Below, piece after piece: positions 61,462-64,000 of a stretch of DNA of 64,000 nt. The translations under genes were made by a program, and so were the position numbers. The notes below the pieces were generated by a model. The model saw only the letters and a program-made list of their open reading frames with translations. It did not search any database and was not told the DNA's origin. Position 1 is the first letter of the stretch; each line of letters opens with the position of its first letter. Source of the DNA: an uncultured Planctomycetota bacterium (lineage in GTDB: Bacteria > Planctomycetota > Planctomycetia > Isosphaerales > Isosphaeraceae). The DNA is taken from NCBI GenBank assembly GCA_963823665.1, contig CAWGMQ010000010.1, forward strand, positions 2,560,001-2,624,000. Reading direction: 5' to 3'.

Positions 61462-64000
61462 CTACTCCGGCGGTTTCTCGGCCCCCTTGCCTGCCACCAG
61501 TTCCTTGTGCCACTTCGCGGCTTCGTCGGGCTTGTCCATCGCCTCGTAAAGTTGGACGAGACGCTCCAGGGCTTCCATCAATCGATTCCTGGCCTCTGGC
61601 GGGATCGTTGCCTCCTGCTGGTTCATCCCCTCATAGCCGGCCAGCAGCAGCGGCTCGGCGGCCACATACTTCTTCTGGCCCAGCAGCGCCCCACCGAGCG
61701 CCGATTTGGTGTTGGACGTTGACCAGGCGTCAGGCTGCGTCTTCTCACGGATGGCCAGGCACTCGAAGAGCAGATGTTCGGCGTCCGTCCATTTCTTTTG
61801 GTTCAGCAGAATCCGACCGAGTAGTGCCAACTCGTCGGCATAGGCCGGTGTGTCTCCACCCCATTTCTGTTTCTCCAAGGGTAGTAGCTCCCGCTGAAGA
61901 AACTCGGCTTTGTCGAACTGCTTGACCTGATTGTAGGCAGCGACGATGAGTTTCATGCTTTGGAGTGTGTGGGGATGTTCGGGGCCGAGCTTGGCTTTCC
62001 GGAGCTTCAGCGTCTCCTCGAAGAGCGGCAGGGCCAGGTCCCGCTTCCCGGCAGCCTGATACGCCCCGGCGAGGTTGTTCATGCTTTGGAGTGAGTCGGG
62101 ATGTTCGGGACCAAGCTTGGCTTTCCGGAGCTTCAGCGTCTCCTCGAAGAGCGGCAGGGCCAGGTCCCGCTTCCCGGCAGCCTGATACGCCCCGGCGAGG
62201 TTGTTCATGCTTTGGAGTGAGTCGGGATGTTCGGGACCAAGCTTGGCTTTCCCGAGCTTCAGCGTCTCCTCGAAGAGCGGCAGGGCGAGGTCCCGCTTCC
62301 CGGCATCCTGATACGCCCCGGCGAGGTTGTTCATGCTTTGGAGTGTGTCGGGATGTTCGGGACCAAGCTTGGCTTTTCGGAGCTTCAGCGTCTCCTCGAA
62401 GAGCGGCAGGGCCAGGTCCCGCTTCCCGGCAGCATGATACGCCATACCGAGGTTGTTCATGCTCATGAGCGTGTGGGGATGTTCGGGGCCGAGCGTGGCT
62501 TTCCGGAGCTTCAGCAATTCCTCAAGGAGCGGCAGGGCCAGGTCCGGCTTCCCGGCATCGTCATACGCCAGGGCGAGGTTGTTCATGCTAATCAGCGTCA
62601 ACGGATGTTTGGAGCCCAAGGTGCGTTGCAGTCCCTTGGCGGCCGTTTCCGCCATCGTCAGGACCTCGGCGTCTTGTCGACCACGGTGGCGAAAAATGTG
62701 CGCGAGTTCGCCTTGAGACCACAAGGCGGCGGCCGACTGCGGGTCGCGTTTCCGCGCCGCATCCACCATGGCCCGCCACTGCTTTTCGGCCTTAGCCCAT
62801 GACGCCAGGCCGTGATACGTGTCCGCGATCGTCTGGCGGAGGGCGAGTTCGAGTTCCGGCTGGCCCACGAACCTCGTTCCCACCTTCTCTGCCGCGCGGT
62901 CGAGCACTTCCAGCATCGTAACATGATCCTCGATTGCGTTGTTTGCCGGCTCAGCCTGGGTCAGCAGATCCTGCGTCAAGAACTCATTGATTGTCTTGGT
63001 CTTCGCCTCGGCTGCGATCGCTTTGTCGCGCTCCACGACTGCCATGGCGCAGTTGCTCGGCTTCCGCTTTCTGCGATGCCAGCGCTTGCAGCTTGGCCTG
63101 CCTTTCACCTTCCGCTCGCGCGGATTCGGCCTGTTGCGCTTGCAATGCGGCTCTCTCCGCCCGCGTCGCCCGCACCGCTTGCCAGGTGCTGACGGCCACA
63201 CCCGCCACGAGGAGCAGCGCGATCGCCGCCGCTGTCGTCAAGGCCGCCCGATGCTTGCGCACGAACTTCCACAGCCGGTAGCGAGCGCTGGGCGGCGCCG
63301 CCAGCACGGGCTCGGAGGCCAGGTAGCGCTGAATGTCCATCGCGAGGCCGTTGGCGGTTTCGTACCGGCGGGTGCGGTCCTTTTCCAGGGATTTCATCAC
63401 GATCCAGTCCAGCTCGCCGCGCACCAGCTTCGCCAACCTCGCCGGCTCCGTATGCCGGCCAGCGGCCAGCGACGGCAACGCCTGGCTGGAACTCAGCCGC
63501 GCGCTCGGCCGGGGCGGCTCTTCCTCCCGAATGATCCGGCGGACCTCGTCCCAGGCCGCCTGCTTGAACCGCTGCTTCTCCAGCGGCGTCGTCCCGGTCA
63601 GCAGCTCGTAGAGCAGGACGCCCAGGGAGTAAATGTCCGAGCGCGTGTCCACGTCGAGGTTGTTGAACTGCGACTGCTCGGGGGACATGTACTGCGGCGT
63701 GCCCAGCACCGTCTCGTGGGCCGTGTGCAGCGTCCGCTCGGTCAGCGATTGGTGCATCGCCTTGGCCAGACCGAAGTCGATCACCTTGGGCACCGGCGTG
63801 TCGTCGTAGGGAGCAACGAGAATGTTGGAGGGTTTCAGGTCGCGGTGAATGATTCCCTTCTGGTGCGCGTGCTGGACGGCCCGGCACACCTGTACGAACA
63901 AGGTGAGCCGTAGAGGCACGCTCAGCCGGATGGCGTCGCAATACTCGGTGATCGGTACGCCCTTGACGTATTCCATGACGAAGAAAGGCCGGCTGGTTTC
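61462..64000 (-). CDS. Ser/Thr protein kinase with TPR repeats (5' end outside the window; frameshift near 63050)
   Basis: HRDLKPSNIL, DFG, GTPQYMSPEQ, DIYSLG; GPEHPDTLQSMNNLA repeats. Confidence 0.93.
61952..62590 (-). repeat. 126-bp near-identical tandem repeats encoding 42-aa TPRs
   Basis: Register marker TTCATGC at 61952, 62078, 62204, 62330, 62456 and 62582. Confidence 0.9.

Overview
GC-rich bacterial window. Gene content (extended ECF sigma factors, DUF1501/DUF1800, an 'ESLEGRALMS' export motif, a TPR Ser/Thr kinase) points to Planctomycetota, probably Isosphaeraceae-like; this is an inference. Positions 1-~17000 are accessory DNA. (i) The end of an integrative element, marked by a 5' half of tRNA-Ser(GGA) at 3289-3329, carries a Dam-like methyltransferase flanked by proteins sharing an unnamed ~55-aa domain, one fused to a degenerate GIY-YIG fold. 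(ii) A scrambled hotspot (3.4-10.8 kb) holds toxin-antitoxin cassettes (VapBC, ParDE, MNT-HepT), duplicated C39-peptidase modules and truncated genes whose breakpoints sit just beyond a repeated GGGTGTCT motif at the ends of a ~150-bp non-coding element. An ORF-less group II intron whose EBS1 matches this motif has inserted into one copy. (iii) A type III R-M locus has a truncated mod gene. From ~17 kb on the genes are mostly core or planctomycete-typical (holB, tmk, cstA, rpsT, infA, parA, cdd, sulfite reductase, ECF sigmas, redoxin/Cu-monooxygenase-like proteins, DUF1501/1800, kinase), with REP-like palindromes, a sigma54-type hsp20 promoter, a 68-bp-period repeat array and an IS1634-like remnant. 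Many single-base frameshifts, including one in infA, most likely reflect consensus indel errors. All family assignments come from motif recognition by eye; no searches were run.
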